A stretch of DNA of 64,000 bases from the IMG/VR virus record IMGVR_UViG_3300037458_001243; one strand, given 5' to 3'. Position 1 is the first letter of the stretch. Each line of letters begins with the position of its first letter. The DNA comes from an uncultured virus (IMG/VR IMGVR_UViG_3300037458_001243). Its lineage: Duplodnaviria; Heunggongvirae; Uroviricota; Caudoviricetes. The translations under genes were made by a program, and so were the position numbers. This document shows positions 27,113 through 36,300 of this stretch, one piece after another. The notes below the pieces were generated by a model. It was not told the DNA's origin. It ran no database searches and saw only the letters and a list, made by a program, of their open reading frames with translations.

Positions 27113-27994
27113 ATGACTGCCTTCACACAACTCGAACTCCAAACTAACCAAAACATCCTCCAAGCTGCCAAACTTGACTGGCACGTCGAAAAACGCCCCC
27201 TCTACACCTTCCACGATTCTAATTTCCATCAAACTGGAACCTTTGGCCTTTTTAGAGAAGATACTAACGAGTTCATTTCTGTCGCTTCAAAAAGATACCA
27301 ACCATTTCAAAACGAAGACGTAGTAAACTTCTTTGAAGATTACGTCTCCAAAGCCGGCGGAACCGTCACACATGGCGGACATTATAAAAACCGCGACATC
27401 CTCCTTTTCGGCAATCTCGGCCACACCGTAAATCTCGGCAACGGTAATGACGCCGAATTCAAACTCCTGGCCCGCACCGGTCATTATCCTGGCATGGCGC
27501 TGGAAATTCTAATCGGCGTTCTCATGTGCGCCTGCACCAATCAATTTACTCCAAAAATGGATACTGGTAGCCGAGGTTTTTACTACCAATGGCATAACAC
27601 TGAATTTACCAAAGTCAGTAAAGATAGCGTAGCAAAAACCTTGGATTGGTTCAAAAACTTCATTACCAATTACCAAACCCAAGCGCAAACCCTCATGTAC
27701 AAACCCATGACAACTTCCCGCGCTGAAACCTTCCTCATCGAACAAATTGGCGATACTACTAAAGTAAAAGCCGAACAACCAAAAGCCATCGCAAACATCC
27801 TCAATATCTACGACTCTGAAGCTTATCTCGGACCTAACGATAAATATGAACCTACTGCCTGGCGACTATGGAATTCGATCACTCAATACATCGATCATAT
27901 CGATAACCAATCCATGCGACGTGCCAGAAGTGCCATGATCGGAACCGGCCAGACCGTTAAACAAAAAACTTTCCAAGCCCTGCTAGAGGTGTAA
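27113..27994 (+). CDS. DUF932 family protein
   Basis: AKLDWHVEKRPL, RYQPFQN, CTNQ, TAWRLWNSITQYIDH. Confidence 0.8.
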   Translation: MTAFTQLELQTNQNILQAAKLDWHVEKRPLYTFHDSNFHQTGTFGLFREDTNEFISVASKRYQPFQNEDVVNFFEDYVSKAGGTVTHGGHYKNRDILLFGNLGHTVNLGNGNDAEFKLLARTGHYPGMALEILIGVLMCACTNQFTPKMDTGSRGFYYQWHNTEFTKVSKDSVAKTLDWFKNFITNYQTQAQTLMYKPMTTSRAETFLIEQIGDTTKVKAEQPKAIANILNIYDSEAYLGPNDKYEPTAWRLWNSITQYIDHIDNQSMRRARSAMIGTGQTVKQKTFQALLEV

Positions 27995-27995
27995 T

Positions 27996-28628
27996 ATGAT
28001 TTCATGGTCGTTTTCCCGTTTAACAGATTATGAAACCTGTCCCTACCGATTCAAACTAAAATATCTGGACAAATTTAAAGAAGAAACATCAGAAGCTGCT
28101 ACTCGGGGAATCGACCACCATAACGCCATTGAGCAATATGTATTAAGATATACAGAAGAATACCCTGCAAAATACCTACAAAATCACGTCGATGAACTCC
28201 GCGATAAAAATCCGATCATCGAAGATAAATGGGGATTCACCGATCAATGGGAACCTTGCGATTGGTATTCCGCATGGGTACGGATTATCCCAGATGCCTA
28301 TTACATTGAAAACGAAACTTTAACTATAATCGACTTCAAAACTGGAAAAACAAACCCCATCAAACATACCGCTCAAGGCCAACTTTATGTAATAGGCGGT
28401 TTCAATAAATTTCCGATTAACCAGATAACAACTGAATTCTTTTATTTAGACGCCAACGAAACCTTAATTGCTTATTATAAAAGAAACCAATTAGAAACCC
28501 TCCAAAAAAATTGGAATATGCGGGCCGAACTCCTAACTACTACAAAAGTATGGAATCCAAAACCCAATAAATGGAATTGTAAATATTGTGGAGTAAAACA
28601 ACACTGTTGGTACGAATACGAAAAATGA
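27996..28628 (+). CDS. PD-(D/E)XK nuclease, Cas4/AddB-like
   Basis: WSFSRL...CP, RGIDHH, IPD...IIDFKTGK, QLY, C-terminal CKYC...C. Confidence 0.85.
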   Translation: MISWSFSRLTDYETCPYRFKLKYLDKFKEETSEAATRGIDHHNAIEQYVLRYTEEYPAKYLQNHVDELRDKNPIIEDKWGFTDQWEPCDWYSAWVRIIPDAYYIENETLTIIDFKTGKTNPIKHTAQGQLYVIGGFNKFPINQITTEFFYLDANETLIAYYKRNQLETLQKNWNMRAELLTTTKVWNPKPNKWNCKYCGVKQHCWYEYEK

Positions 28629-29974
28629 TCCCTCCATTATATAAACATCAAGAAGAAGACGTTAAATTCTACCTAAAGAATAAAATCGTCTTCAACACCG
28701 CCGACCCAGGTACCGGAAAGACCCGAGTAGTACTGGAAAGTCTCGCTCGTACACCCATAACTAAACGAGGTCGTACCTTAATTCTTTGCCCTAAATCGTT
28801 AATGCAATGTGCCTGGGGTAACGACATCGAGAAATTCACCCCAGCACTAACTTATCAAATAGCCCCAGCCGGAAATAGGGCATCGCCTTTTTATGGAGAC
28901 TCCGATATAGTAATTACTAATCACGACGCTACTAAAGCCTTAATCGAAGATTTACCTATTAAACTACTTGATAAATTTAACACACTAATCATCGATGAAA
29001 GCACAGCTTACAAAAATCATACTGCAAAACGCAGTAAATACGCTGTAAAACTAGCCCATAGGATGTTCAATCGAAGCTGTTTATCCGGTACCCCAACCCC
29101 AAATAGCATCCTAGATTTATGGAATCAATTGTTCATCCTGGATGAAGGCAAACATTTAGGACAAAGTTATTATCGTTTTCGAGCTCTAACTTGTGATCCT
29201 CGACCAATCCCAGGCGTATTCGGAGCTGCTAACTGGATAGATAAACCAGGAATCGAATTAGTCGTCGCCGAACTTATCAAAGACATCACCATCAGAAGAA
29301 AACTAGAAGACTGCATATCTATCCCTAACCAAAACATATACTCCATAATTTACACCCCTTCTGATACACTCTTACACATATACAAGCGCCTTAAAAAAGA
29401 CGCTCTATTAGAATTACAAGATCGGAACATCACTGCGTTAAACGCAGCCGCAGTCATAAACAAACTTCTTCAACTATTAAGCGGAGCTGTATACGACAAC
29501 GAAAATTATACCGTATTCGATAACAATCGCTATAAACTAATCCTAGACTTAGTAGAAGCCAGACAACATAGTCTAGTAGCTTTTAATTGGAAACACCAAC
29601 GAGATGGTTTATGTAAAGAAGCCAACGCTCGTAATATAATCCACGCCGTTATAGATGGAGAAACCCCGCTCGATACCAGAACTCAAATAATCGAAGATTT
29701 TCAAAAAGGAAAATACCAAGTCCTATTCGCCCATCCACAGAGTGCCGGACACGGTATCACCTTAACCAAAGCCACTACTACCATCTGGTGTAGCCCCATC
29801 TATAACTCTAACCTAGAACAATTCCTGCAATTCAACCGACGAAGCTACAGAGCCGGACAAACTGAAAAAACCGAAGTAATCCTAATAACTACCCCCATGC
29901 TCGAACCAGGAATATACGAACGTTTACAAGGTAAGAATGAAAAACTAACCAACCTATTGGAGTTACTAAAATGA
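28625..29974 (+). CDS. SNF2-like superfamily 2 helicase
   Basis: DPGTGKT, IIDES, SGTP, SAGHGITL, RRSYRAGQ; ATGA overlap with the upstream gene. Confidence 0.9.
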   Translation: MIPPLYKHQEEDVKFYLKNKIVFNTADPGTGKTRVVLESLARTPITKRGRTLILCPKSLMQCAWGNDIEKFTPALTYQIAPAGNRASPFYGDSDIVITNHDATKALIEDLPIKLLDKFNTLIIDESTAYKNHTAKRSKYAVKLAHRMFNRSCLSGTPTPNSILDLWNQLFILDEGKHLGQSYYRFRALTCDPRPIPGVFGAANWIDKPGIELVVAELIKDITIRRKLEDCISIPNQNIYSIIYTPSDTLLHIYKRLKKDALLELQDRNITALNAAAVINKLLQLLSGAVYDNENYTVFDNNRYKLILDLVEARQHSLVAFNWKHQRDGLCKEANARNIIHAVIDGETPLDTRTQIIEDFQKGKYQVLFAHPQSAGHGITLTKATTTIWCSPIYNSNLEQFLQFNRRSYRAGQTEKTEVILITTPMLEPGIYERLQGKNEKLTNLLELLK

Positions 29975-30384
29975 TTGATCTAATGAATACAGAAATACCA
30001 GAATTTGCAGGTATTAAAGGAGAGATGGATAAGCAAATAGCAAAGATGCTAGAAATACGAGAACAGATCAGAATGTACCAAAATACCGTAGACACATTAC
30101 AATGTGAATACGATAAAATTGGCAACGAGTTACTTAGTAACATGGATTTACTCGGACTCAAATCTGCTCGAACCGACAAAGCCACTTTAAGCGTATCCGA
30201 AACTACTCGACCCGGTGTAGAAGATTGGATATCTTTTACCAACTACGTATTCGAGAATAAAGCCCTCGAACTTTTAGAAAGGAGACCCGCAGTCAAAGCC
30301 TGTTTAGAACTCAACCAACTCGGGACTGAAATTCCCGGAATTTATTTCTTCACCAAGCGTAAAGTCAACCTACGTACCCTGTGA
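29971..30384 (+). CDS. Hypothetical replication-module protein
   Basis: Coiled-coil N-terminus; VEDW..F...LLERR...IPGI pattern. Confidence 0.7.
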   Translation: MIDLMNTEIPEFAGIKGEMDKQIAKMLEIREQIRMYQNTVDTLQCEYDKIGNELLSNMDLLGLKSARTDKATLSVSETTRPGVEDWISFTNYVFENKALELLERRPAVKACLELNQLGTEIPGIYFFTKRKVNLRTL

Positions 30385-30391
30385 GACCAAT

Positions 30392-31039
30392 ATGGCCGAA
30401 TCTACTGCTATCGCGAATATTTACGACCTCGACGAATTCAAAACTAAAATCGCTACCACCCAATTTCCATCCATCCGTCTAAATGGAAAACTCTTTGAAT
30501 TTCCTGATGGACGTTGTACTCTAGGTCCAATTTCAGTAATCATACTCGATTTTTATTACTACAATACTCTTTACACCACCGCCTACAATCCAGGTAAAAT
30601 CGTTTCACCTGATTGCTGGGCTCTCGGTCCATCACCCATAGGTATGGTCCCAGGACACGCTAACCCATTTCACCCTAATTGCGACGATTGTCCAAAAAAC
30701 CAATGGCGTACAGTTGAAGGAAAAACTCTACCCAAAGAATGTCGAAACATGATTCGATTCGCTGTAATCGATCCTACCGGCGATGACAAAACCATCTACC
30801 GCCTCGTAGGATCGCCCATCGCCAACGGACTCTGGCAAAAATATGTAAAGAACTTACGTGCCAAAAACATCCATCCAAGAAGCATAATCACCGATATCAG
30901 TCTCGACCAAAAACGTACCGTCCCAGTACTCGAATTCAGCCTAAAAGGCCCTCATAACCTCGATACCGGCTACGTATCCGAACGCCTAAGCACAGTAATG
31001 AGCTCAAAAATGCTCGAACAACCCCCCGTAGAAACCTAA
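30392..31039 (+). CDS. Putative ssDNA-binding/annealing protein
   Basis: PDCW...CDDCPKNQW...KECRN motif; function inferred from position in the replication module. Confidence 0.5.
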   Translation: MAESTAIANIYDLDEFKTKIATTQFPSIRLNGKLFEFPDGRCTLGPISVIILDFYYYNTLYTTAYNPGKIVSPDCWALGPSPIGMVPGHANPFHPNCDDCPKNQWRTVEGKTLPKECRNMIRFAVIDPTGDDKTIYRLVGSPIANGLWQKYVKNLRAKNIHPRSIITDISLDQKRTVPVLEFSLKGPHNLDTGYVSERLSTVMSSKMLEQPPVET

Positions 31040-31102
31040 TTGGGCCTTGGTTCGGCTATCAACATAGCCGAACCTCCTAAAACTAAATAAGAGAAAACTA
31101 AC

Positions 31103-31444
31103 ATGAATAGCTTAATCGGAGCTATGTACGGCTTAATAAACAGTAATAAGGAACTTATGGTTTTCGACTGGATAAAAGCAGCACGCATCATCAAAAAACG
31201 AAAAGCTACAAATGCAAGTGCCGGACTAAAAAACGACTGGGAATGGTCCGGAGGTGAAATCCTAAAAGATGGGATACCAATACCTAGGGACCTCACTTAC
31301 ACATATCTCGCTAGCACTTGGGCCATTCCTGAATTAGATATAGACGGCGAAATCATAGAGTGTTACAAAATGCAAAGCAAAACACCAAACTGGAATAGTG
31401 ACACTTATTGGCCTGAAGAAGCATTAAAAATATTAAATAAATGA
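31103..31444 (+). CDS. Hypothetical protein
   Basis: 113-aa ORF with module-typical codon usage. Confidence 0.7.
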   Translation: MNSLIGAMYGLINSNKELMVFDWIKAARIIKKRKATNASAGLKNDWEWSGGEILKDGIPIPRDLTYTYLASTWAIPELDIDGEIIECYKMQSKTPNWNSDTYWPEEALKILNK

Positions 31445-31465
31445 AAACACTTTACATATCAACCT

Positions 31466-32182
31466 ATGCTCAAATGTATCCCTAGATCAGAAGCAACAAA
31501 ACTAGGAGGGGTTGCAGCTACCTACCGAGCACAAACCAACAACGTCTACGGTACATGCCCTAGCACCTGCCCCCTAAAACCAAAATGCCACAAAGGAGCT
31601 AAAAAACTTGACGAACCCTATCTCGAAACCGTCCTCAGAAGCGTACCACGCCACGGAGTTGCGTGGACATATACCCATTTCCCATTGGCTATTATCCAGC
31701 CATATTTATCGAAACTACCTAAAATTCAGACAACCATTAACTTATCCACTGACACCGTGGAGCAAGCCTGTGAATACCAAGCCACAGGCTACCCAACTGT
31801 CCTCGCTATCCAACGAGCCCCCTACAAACATTGGAGACAAAACCAAACTCGGTTCGTTGTCTGCCCTGCCACATATAATAAAGACGTTACGTGCCTTAAT
31901 TGTGGTAGTGGCAATCCTTTATGCGCTAGACCTAATCGTAATTATGTGGTTGTATTTCCTGCTCACGGGCACCGGAAACATTTAGTCAGTTCTTCCGAAA
32001 AAGGAGGTTGTTACGGAGACCTGGGAAATGTTAGATTACATTGGAACAACGCTAGTAAAGGAATAGGTAGAACTATCTTACGAGATGATGAAGAAGTAAC
32101 TATGCTACCTATTTGGACCAAACTACTCCCTAAACATACTCTATTACGACACCACATTGTAGGAGACTTAGGATGCGTTTAG
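31466..32182 (+). CDS. Cys-rich conserved phage protein (DUF7227-like)
   Basis: TCPSTCPL, WTYTH, VVCPA...CLNCG...LCAR, FPAHG. Confidence 0.6.
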   Translation: MLKCIPRSEATKLGGVAATYRAQTNNVYGTCPSTCPLKPKCHKGAKKLDEPYLETVLRSVPRHGVAWTYTHFPLAIIQPYLSKLPKIQTTINLSTDTVEQACEYQATGYPTVLAIQRAPYKHWRQNQTRFVVCPATYNKDVTCLNCGSGNPLCARPNRNYVVVFPAHGHRKHLVSSSEKGGCYGDLGNVRLHWNNASKGIGRTILRDDEEVTMLPIWTKLLPKHTLLRHHIVGDLGCV

Positions 32183-32577
32183 CCAGCGAAAGTTATATGA
32201 CTGCTAGAATTAATGAAATGGTTTCAAAAAAAGAATGTATAGCATGGAAAATTAATACTACAACAAGAAGGGGTCTACCAGACTGCCAATATATAGGCCC
32301 AAAAAATAATCTATGGATAGAATATAAACGAATAGTACACACACCTAAAATTATCCACGCCTATAAAATACCAACAGCTATCCAACTAAGCACCGTAAAA
32401 AAATTAATCAAACTTAACGAAGAAGTATGGTTAGTTATTTTCTTAGATGAAGGACTACTCGTACTTAAAAATCAAGAATGGGAAAAACCAGTAACGATAA
32501 CACCAGAAAACATCTATACCCCACAAGAATTAGTCAACGAAATTCACAACTTTATGGGGGTAAAGTGTACATCATAA
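32173..32577 (+). CDS. VRR-NUC / PD-(D/E)XK nuclease
   Basis: GLPD...WIEYK...Q motif. Confidence 0.7.
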   Translation: MRLASESYMTARINEMVSKKECIAWKINTTTRRGLPDCQYIGPKNNLWIEYKRIVHTPKIIHAYKIPTAIQLSTVKKLIKLNEEVWLVIFLDEGLLVLKNQEWEKPVTITPENIYTPQELVNEIHNFMGVKCTS

Positions 32578-32632
32578 CCTTCGCAATAATCATAATAATT
32601 TTAATAGTAATTTACGACATAATGGAGGATCA

Positions 32633-32857
32633 ATGAATATCGAAGACTTACTAACCGTTGAAAACTTACAACCAATAATTAACTTAAAAAACGAAATATC
32701 CAAAGCAAAACTTGAATTCTATACAGAATTAGCTCAAGCAGAAATGGACTTATACAGAATACAAACTGAAATATACCAGGCACGTATCAACTATGAATCT
32801 CGGAAACTTACTACGACAACGACCGAACCCAATCAAACTAGAAATCGAACTCAATAA
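32633..32857 (+). CDS. Hypothetical protein
   Basis: GGAGG RBS. Confidence 0.6.
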   Translation: MNIEDLLTVENLQPIINLKNEISKAKLEFYTELAQAEMDLYRIQTEIYQARINYESRKLTTTTTEPNQTRNRTQ

Positions 32858-33020
32858 GATTTTCGAGATAGTCGATTTCAGCGAAAACTTATTTCAAAGA
32901 TTATTTTCTATAAATTGCTACGACAAAAACAACAACCACCGAATAACTATCATATATTGGTGGGCATATGATGATTGGTGGATGTACTCCTTAGTCTGGA
33001 CTGGTAAAAAACCTACTTAG
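32793..33020 (+). CDS. Hypothetical protein
   Basis: Ends at the terminator; overlaps the previous ORF. Confidence 0.45.
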   Translation: MNLGNLLRQRPNPIKLEIELNKIFEIVDFSENLFQRLFSINCYDKNNNHRITIIYWWAYDDWWMYSLVWTGKKPT

Positions 33021-33032
33021 GTAGGTTTTTTT
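33006..33032. terminator. Bidirectional intrinsic terminator between the convergent modules
   Basis: AAAAAACCTAC-TTAG-GTAGGTTTTTTT. Confidence 0.85.
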
Positions 33033-33093
33033 ATTTTTTATTTTTATAAGAAACTAACCAACAAAGTCTAATCGCTAAGTGGGAGGCGGAGGA

Positions 33094-33255
33094 TTACAAC
33101 GAACATTTGGCGTAGTCGCAAGCAGGGCAGCGTTCACAACCCTCGCTCTTAATGAGGCGGGAATTACATTCAGGGCAGGATAGAGAATCAGGCTGGCGGG
33201 TTTCTTCGAGGGTTATTACTCGGCAACTTACAATACGTTTAGTTATAATAAACAT
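33094..33255 (-). CDS. Small zinc-ribbon protein
   Basis: CPECNSRLIKSEGCERCPACDYAKC; probable start MFIITK. Confidence 0.6.
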   Translation of the reverse strand: MFIITKRIVSCRVITLEETRQPDSLSCPECNSRLIKSEGCERCPACDYAKCSL

Positions 33256-33268
33256 AAATAAACCCCAC

Positions 33269-33317
33269 AAAAAAAGACCCAGGATGCTGAAGAGGGGGGA
33301 TAGCATCCTGGGGTCTT
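33269..33317 (-). terminator. Intrinsic terminator with a C-rich loop
   Basis: AGACCCCAGGATGCT-ATCCCCCCTCTTC-AGCATCCTGGGTCT followed by a T-tract. Confidence 0.8.
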
Positions 33318-33341
33318 CGAAATAACCACCTTGAAGGGTTT

Positions 33342-33370
33342 ATGATACTACTAGCCCTCGGTGAGCGCAA
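33342..33370 (-). promoter_or_regulatory. Sigma70-type promoter
   Basis: TTGCGC, 17 nt, TATCAT; A-tract upstream. Confidence 0.5.
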
Positions 33371-33375
33371 GTTTT

Positions 33376-36300
33376 TTAGCGGAACATCTGCTCCAGTAGC
33401 GCCCGGCGGGTGTCAGGCAGCGCGCCGATGATCGGCGATATCCGTAAGATGGCGTCGGTCGTCTCCTGAGCGAGCCGGCCCTCCCCGGCACCACCGATTT
33501 TGCGGATCATCTGATCCATCGACGTGGCGAACGGCCCGGCCAGCGCCGTGTAGATCGGGGTGCCGTAGCCTGCCGACCGGTTGGCGTCCAACGCTAGTTG
33601 CAGCGGCCCAAGCAGCCCAGTTCGGCTGAGAATGTCCATGACGTAGTCCTCGGGCTCCTTTTCGCGCCGGGCCGGCTTGCCCCACAGACCATCGCGGATT
33701 TCTTCGCGCACCACGGTGCCAAGCATGGCCAGGGGAACCATCAGCGCCCACGGCAGCGCCAGGATCAGCGCCTTCTTGCCGTAAGAGTCAGCCCGGCTAA
33801 ACTCACGTAGCATCCGGCCCATGACGACATGCCCGTAGGACCACAGGAAGGATTTCAGGTGCCACACCACCATGGCGGCGGGGTGGCTGGCCCACAGCGG
33901 CCGCTGGGTGGCATCGGGGTGCATCGCCGACTCCGCCACGAACTGATTGAGGGCCACTTGAATCTTGTACGCCGTGGTCGCTTGTGGGGAGCCCGGCGGC
34001 GCGGTCAGCTTCCCGTTGAGACCGTTGGGGTCCAACCACTTCGTCAGGTCGGCGTGGGTCAGTCCGAGCTGTTTCAGCAGGGCATCGGACTCGGCGCCGG
34101 GCTTGGCAGCCAGCCCCTTAAACCACTCGATGCCGGTGGCGAACGCCGTCAGCCGGGTGAGGTTGTCCAGCCACTCCATGCCGTTGTAGCGGAAAAACGT
34201 GTCATTCAGCTTGCGGAACGTCTGGTCCATGAACGGCGTGTCCAGGTAAGCCCGGCCGTACAACCCTCGCAGATTGTCCATGACCACCCCATTGGCGGTG
34301 GCGATCTGGTAGAGCTCGCCCTTTTTGCGCATCTCGCCCAGCGCGGTAGTCAAACCTCGCCAGGACGCCCCCATAGCGCCGTTGGCGCGGATGGCAGGCA
34401 CCGCGAGACCGGCCAGGTTGGTGGTCACCGCCAGCGGCAGCAGTGCCCAGTTCATGCCGGTTACGATCAGCGATGACAGGCGCCGCAGATTGGGATCGAA
34501 ATCCGCGCCGGCCCGGCCCAGCACCGCATCCATGGCTTTAATCATGAAGCGCAGTTGTGAAGGGGTTGCACCTTCGGCCAGAGCAGCGTTGTACAGGATG
34601 CGTAGCTTGACGGTCTGGTCCCAACGGACCTTGTACTTGTCCGTACCCTTCTGGGACATCCAGGAGTTCTCGTTAGAATCCCAGTACAGATTGCCGTGCT
34701 TGGCCGGGTCGTGCAGCGCCGGCACCGAACCTTGCAGGCTGTAGTCCACGCTGCCGCCAGTCGGTATGATTACCCAGGCTGCGAAGCGCCGCTCGAACTC
34801 GACTCGTTTGATGAGCTGGGTGGCGTACTCCTTCATAGTGGCTTCCGGCTCCGTCGTCACCCGCAGGAACGGCAGCAAGTCGATGTCCTTCACCGAAGCC
34901 AGGTCAGAGTTCAGCCGGGCCAGGGCCAGGTGGGGCGCGTAGAAGCTGTAGTCCTCGCCCCGGTAGAGCGAGACTTCGGTCAGCAGGTGGTTGTAGGCGT
35001 CCTCTGCTTCAGGGATTTTCCAGGAATACTTGATAGTCAGCATGTCCAGGAAATCCTGCTTGTTGGCCGTCAGGGCGTCCTTGTTCCAGATGCGCGGCAG
35101 CTCCGTAGACTGCGAACCGACGTGCGAGTTCAGAACATCCTTGTAGTAATCCTTCAACCGCTCGAACAACTTGGCCATATTCTTGACTTCGACCGGCGCG
35201 GTAGCGAGCTGGTTGGCATCCCGCGCCACCACGTACCGGCGCATGAGGTCCTGCTTCTGCGAGTCGGTCAGGTTGTCGAACGCCTCGTTGACCCACAACG
35301 CCTTACCCGCCGCCTGACGCAGCCATGCCGGCCGGAACCCCTCGAAATAGCTGGCCTTGCGAGCGAAGTCGATGGTCATATCCCGGTAGGTATACGGGGC
35401 TGGCGCGGCGGCGCCCGGCGCCCGCACGATGAGGTCGGCCAGGGCTGTCAGCGCCGCCAGTGGCTTACCGTTCGGATCCAGCTCGGAGCGCAGCCGGGCA
35501 TCCAGGGTCTTGGTAATGTGGTGGTGCAGAGACTTGACGTGCCGCCACACTCCCCGCGCCCGGTCGGCGGTAAACTTGCCAGCTCGGGTGCTCTCCAGCA
35601 ATTTCTGCCCAGCGTAGTACCGAATACCGGGGCTGTAATCGGGCTGCTGGTTCAGCAGGGTCTCCATACCCTCTTTCAGGTCAGACAGTACGCCGTTTTG
35701 CTGCATCACCGCATTACGATACTGGATGGTAGCCAGCACCCCGGACAGGAAGTTATCGACGAACTGCTTGCTGTCCCTGGTCTTGGCCCGGCCGGTCGTA
35801 CCGAACAGCCGGTCGTAGAACCCCCGAAGCCGGTCGAGCAGATAATCGATGAACTTGCGCACCAGCGGCGGGCCTTTGACCTCTACCGGCTTGTCCAACC
35901 CCAGGAGGATACGCTGCATCCGGGACGCTACGTATTCGTCCACCATCAGGTCATCAGTAGCGATCCTCGGCTGTCCGCCCGTAGCCTCCTTGACCAGGTG
36001 CTTCCAGACAGTGGCTCGCGGGCCGGTCTTGGCCTTTTTCAAATCGGACAGGTTGGTGCGGTAGAACACGTGCCCCATCTCATGGGCCAGCTTAGCGCGT
36101 ACCGTGTCGTAATCCTCACCCTGGGTAATCAGGTAGACGTGGGGCACACCGTCCTTGTACACGGTGAAATAGGGATCGTCCTGGGCCATGGCTACGATCT
36201 CGTCGGCCTGTTCGGTCAACGCCAGCTCGTCGAGCAGTTGCCGGAAGGTCGGCATTTCGCCACGACGTTGCAGCAAATCGATATGGTGCAGCACCGCAGC

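Noticed and set aside
27996..28628. CRISPR-associated cas4
   Set aside because: No cas1/cas2 or effector genes; solo Cas4-like nucleases beside helicases are common in phage replication modules.
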